From Chara braunii (Eukaryota > Plantae > Charophyceae): 64,000 nt of DNA. This document shows positions 60,367-64,000 of the stretch, in pieces (the stretch's first letter is position 1; every line of letters begins with the position of its first letter). Under the pieces are notes generated by a model, which worked only from the letters and a program-made list of their open reading frames with translations, did not search any database and was not told the DNA's origin. The stretch spans positions 3,447,532 to 3,511,531 of the forward strand of contig BFEA01000022.1 of the NCBI GenBank assembly GCA_003427395.1, written 5' to 3'. The position numbers and the translations under genes were made by a program.

Positions 60367-60968
60367 GCTTAAGACTTAGTTTGCAGGAGTACCTTGAGTG
60401 AAAATGTGATATGAAGATTATTCTTCATGAACTCATAGATTTAGCTTGGGAATTGGTCTGTCTTGTGTTACAGGTCCTCTTGATAATTTGATTCAAGATT
60501 TTGACTAGATTCAACTTGATCCTACGAAGGATCATCTTCTGTTATCACTTATAACAGGTTGGTTGTCGATTCGTCAGTTTACGATTAAACTCCAATCCAC
60601 TTCGCCACTCAACCTAAAGGTTGTAGTCTTGTGATTTGAAATGTTTTGTTGTGTTTTCGCCCGGACTTTATTTAAATGGGCATTTAAGAAAAGTACTGAG
60701 TATTTTATTTTGAGAGTTGCACAAAGAGTAAGGTTTGTATGACTAAAAGCAAGGGGTGTGAGTGCAGAGAGTGGTTGAAGTTGACCCCGTGTAGTGCATG
60801 GAGTTTTGGTTGAATCTTTGATGTGATTGCAGGTAAGTTTGGTGATTCAGACTTTGGATTTGACTGCCTGCACTCACATACATATATATATGGTTGAGAG
60901 GAGTCCGACTATGATTGTGAGAAGTGATCGTCACATATTTATAACCCTTTATATATATATATATATAT

Positions 60969-61363
60969 CCGTAGGCAGAGAGAGAGAAGAGGACAACAAA
61001 CGAGGGGTTGTGACAAACTGTTTCGTCGGAGTTTCACCGACTCATCAGGAGGCTGAACCCTCAACAGTCTACAAAATCCCCTCACTGATTACACTGTAAA
61101 TGATAATCTACCTCAACCAAAATCAAAGTAGACTATCACTCACCCACACCATATGGAAAACTCTACGGACTGTCGGGTCATACCCCATCACAAGCCAGCA
61201 AAACATCCACGAAACAAAGAAAGGTCTGTCACAGCCAAAAAATACACTCCAGACACGCCACTGACACTAGAGGCACAACATGGCCGTCTAGTAACGGCCC
61301 CGACCACTGCCGCTCGACCTGACCGGAAAAAAACCGTAGCAGGAAGCTAGGGAAGTTGTAGCA
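60969..61363 (-). mobile_element. Hammerhead-bearing insertion within a (TA)n tract
   Basis: Flanked by TA runs; absent from the paralogous site near 25370. Confidence 0.7.
61015..61070 (-). ncRNA. Type III hammerhead ribozyme with GUU triplet
   Basis: Minus strand reads AGACUGUU / GAGG GUUCAG CCUC / CUGAUGA / GUCGG UGAAACU CCGAC / GAAACAGUUU. Confidence 0.9.
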
Positions 61364-61406
61364 TATATATCGTCACAAACAGATATATATATCTATATAT
61401 ATATAT

Positions 61407-62100
61407 GGGGTCACCAGCCCGTACGTACGGAGGTCCCCAGGTAGACCTCCGTACGTACGGGCGTTCGGGATCCCGCCGAAAATTATTTCGGGGCGTAAAA
61501 ATAATTATTTTTTTCTAAATTTGTTTTTGTGAGTTCTCTATGACGTGAGGTACATGCCTGTAAATTTTCAAGTCATTTGGCCAAGCCAAATAAGAATTAA
61601 AAATCGCCAAAGATGGCAGTGTCAAAACGTGCTCGCCCACGTATATTTTCACTTTTTACTTTTTGTTTTCACTTTAGGTCGGAGTCTAAACAATTTTATT
61701 ATTTCTTGAAACTTTTTAAATGAGTTTTGTATTATGTGAAGTACACATCTGTAAATTTTCAGGACATTTAGATATGCCAAAAAAAAATGAAAAATCGCCG
61801 AAGACGGTGGTATCGAAAACATGCTCGTGCACTCACTAAATTTAATTCTCTTTTTATTTTTATTTATTTTTATTATTAGTATTTGTTTTTCGTATTTTAT
61901 TTTTATTTCAAATTTGGTAAGGAATTCGGATGTAATGCNCAGGCAAATCTTGTTTAATTTANNTTTCTCCATAACATATCNTTTTTTCAGATTTTTNTAA
62001 TAATTTTTTTTTTTTTTTTTTTTTTTTTTTTGCGCGTTCGGCCGTTCGACATCCCCAAGGGGTCCCATACATTCGGGTGTTCGGGTTTGGGCAGTTCTAT
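61407..62100. mobile_element. Non-coding AT-rich element between (TA)n runs, with a terminal 19-bp hairpin and an internal duplication of about 190 bp
   Basis: GCCCGTACGTACGGAGGTC-8nt-GACCTCCGTACGTACGGGC at 61417-61462; 61530-61640 resembles 61720-61832. Confidence 0.65.
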
Positions 62101-62774
62101 TTATATATATATATATGTCTTGAGTATTTCGTGCGGCCTACTGTGACTGCGCGTAAGGGTTAAACGGATTATGCGTTTGAGGGAAGAGGGAAATCCTCTT
62201 TTACCTCTTTGCTCCTTAGAAGTTTCTATGGTTGGACGTTGTAGTCTGTGGCAGTTATCAAAGTCAAACCCCTTGATTTCTCTTCAGGCCCTAGATGATA
62301 GAGCTGGTCTCCAGGACAATAAGGGACGATTGGCACCACAGGTATGAACCTGTGTACCACCCACTCTCCGTAGGGTGAAAAAGAGGGTGTGGTTTTCAAC
62401 CGCACATGGCGGTTATCCAATGTCGAGGGATTAATCCTTCAAGGCGCATGTCAGCCGACACTTGAGTATCGAATGCGGCCCTCGAGATTAACGAGTTCCG
62501 TATGAGTATGGGTACTACGTAGTATGCCATCATTGCGACTGCTTGTGTATGCTTGCATTGTGAATCGATATGAGTTAGCCCTGCGTCTGCGCGGTTTTAA
62601 ATTAAGTCTCGCGCGAGACGCTATCCGATTTCCACATCAGAGAGTTATGAGATGGCTACTAAGGGACTAAGAGTGTTGTCGTGGTGTTTGTTCTATGTCG
62701 TTGTATATGTAAGTGTATGTATGAGTGTGTTTTTATTTTTATGTTCTTTAGAGTGGTGTACGCGTGGCGTGTGG

Positions 62775-63200
62775 GATGCGTCCTAGTCGAGCGGCGACGA
62801 GTCGCGCTTAGGACCTTAGCCCCCAAAATGTCGGTTCGCGTGCGGGTTCAATAGAGGCGTATTACCGCGCGTACCCCCTACGCTACAGCGAACAAGAAAC
62901 ACCATCGGCTGGTCCACCTCTGCGATTGCAACTGATTAGTTTTCGTACTGTGGACTGATAGCTCGGCGGGAATACGCTCACCGAAGGGTGGTGACCACTC
63001 CCGTAAGGTGGAGGTAAGTCGTACCTCGCGTAGGCCCTATCCTGTCGTAGAGGTTCGCGAGAGGTATGACTGGCGCACTCGGCCGGAGCAGCTTGCGGAA
63101 ACTCCATTATGCATTCGCGACAAGAAATCAGACCAACTCCTGCGTGACGCGGCCGGGAGGGTCCCGCGCTGCCTTGTGCGGTGTCGGACCGATGCGCTCG
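62775..63200. other. Conserved structured non-coding module, copy 3
   Basis: Same ordered motifs as 19725-20195 and 26035-26480. Confidence 0.7.
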
Positions 63201-64000
63201 AAAGGTGACGCCGTTGCCGGGGATAACGGTTCCCTACCGTTGTCCCTGGTGGAACGACATCCGGGTATGAGAATGTGAGAAATAGGCAAAATTAGAAGTT
63301 TTCTTTGGAATTTGATGGTTAAGCGATTGATGGTATCGGATGGAGAGCGAGTGAGGGTCGACTTTATGAGTTGGTTTTGGTTAGTGCAGTAGGGATAGCA
63401 CGAGAGTGATAAGCGTTTTGGTTATGTGCCCATGTACTTTGATTAGTAAGATGGTAGTTGGAGTTGATACCCCTTCTGACCACGATAGTTGACGGGTTTG
63501 GACGGTGCTGGTGTGGTCAAGGTAAGATAAGGTGATGTCGGGCTCAAGACGTCCATTGAGGGAGTTGACCCTATAAGGTACCTACTTTGATCGAAAGGGT
63601 TATCTGAGTGGTCATGAGAGAAGCTTGGTGTTTTTGCATTAGAGTGAGGGCAAAGATGTGTAAGGGAGCCTATTATGTTAGAAGTCGTCGAGAGACTTTA
63701 AGGAGGGTTAGGCTAAGGACGCTGAAAGTTTTTTTAGGAGTATAGACTGAGATCCTGGAGTCTGGGTTCTAAGCGGTTGTTCATCTTATATAGCCATGGA
63801 AGTGTGAGGTCTGCCTCGCGTGATATGTTTCAATTAGGCATACAGGGTGATAGGCAGATGCGATGAACAACAAGTCATGATCATAATGGAAAGGGCTACG
63901 GGAAGTAGTGGATTTGCATGACGTCTTTCTATATAAAGGAGATATTTGATCCTAGGAGGTAGTTGTAGTAACAGTGAAGGGGCTAACGCTTAGACTATTT

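Overview
Gene-free, heavily nested transposon graveyard from a green-plant nuclear genome. The plastid psbM/rbcL sequences and the TE repertoire suggest a streptophyte alga such as Chara, but that is inference. In order: (1) a Plavaka/CMC-like DNA transposon cluster with transposase and Ulp1-like protease remnants (1-8210), apparently inserted into a Gypsy integrase; (2) that integrase, followed by an extra gag-like ORF with a zinc knuckle (9063-11659); (3) a large, mostly non-coding repeat family carrying a conserved structured-RNA-like module, a decayed antisense ORF and repeat-spacer arrays (about 17.7-28.4 kb, with paralogues at 60.4-63.2 kb); (4) a long L1/Tx1-like LINE (about 32.3-42.0 kb) with an antisense LINE-tail insertion; (5) two chromoviruses (42.2-46.0 kb and 51.7-60.4 kb), the second interrupted by a mosaic plastid insertion (psbM plus an rbcL fragment). 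The most striking unannotated signal is a dispersed family of type III hammerhead ribozymes: four near-complete and two decayed copies. These include a tandem pair that would release a 124-nt monomer and a copy sitting in a (TA)n tract whose empty-site paralogue lies in the same window, suggesting a small retrozyme/Penelope-like mobile RNA system. Coordinates were counted by eye and may be off by a few bases; no database searches were run.
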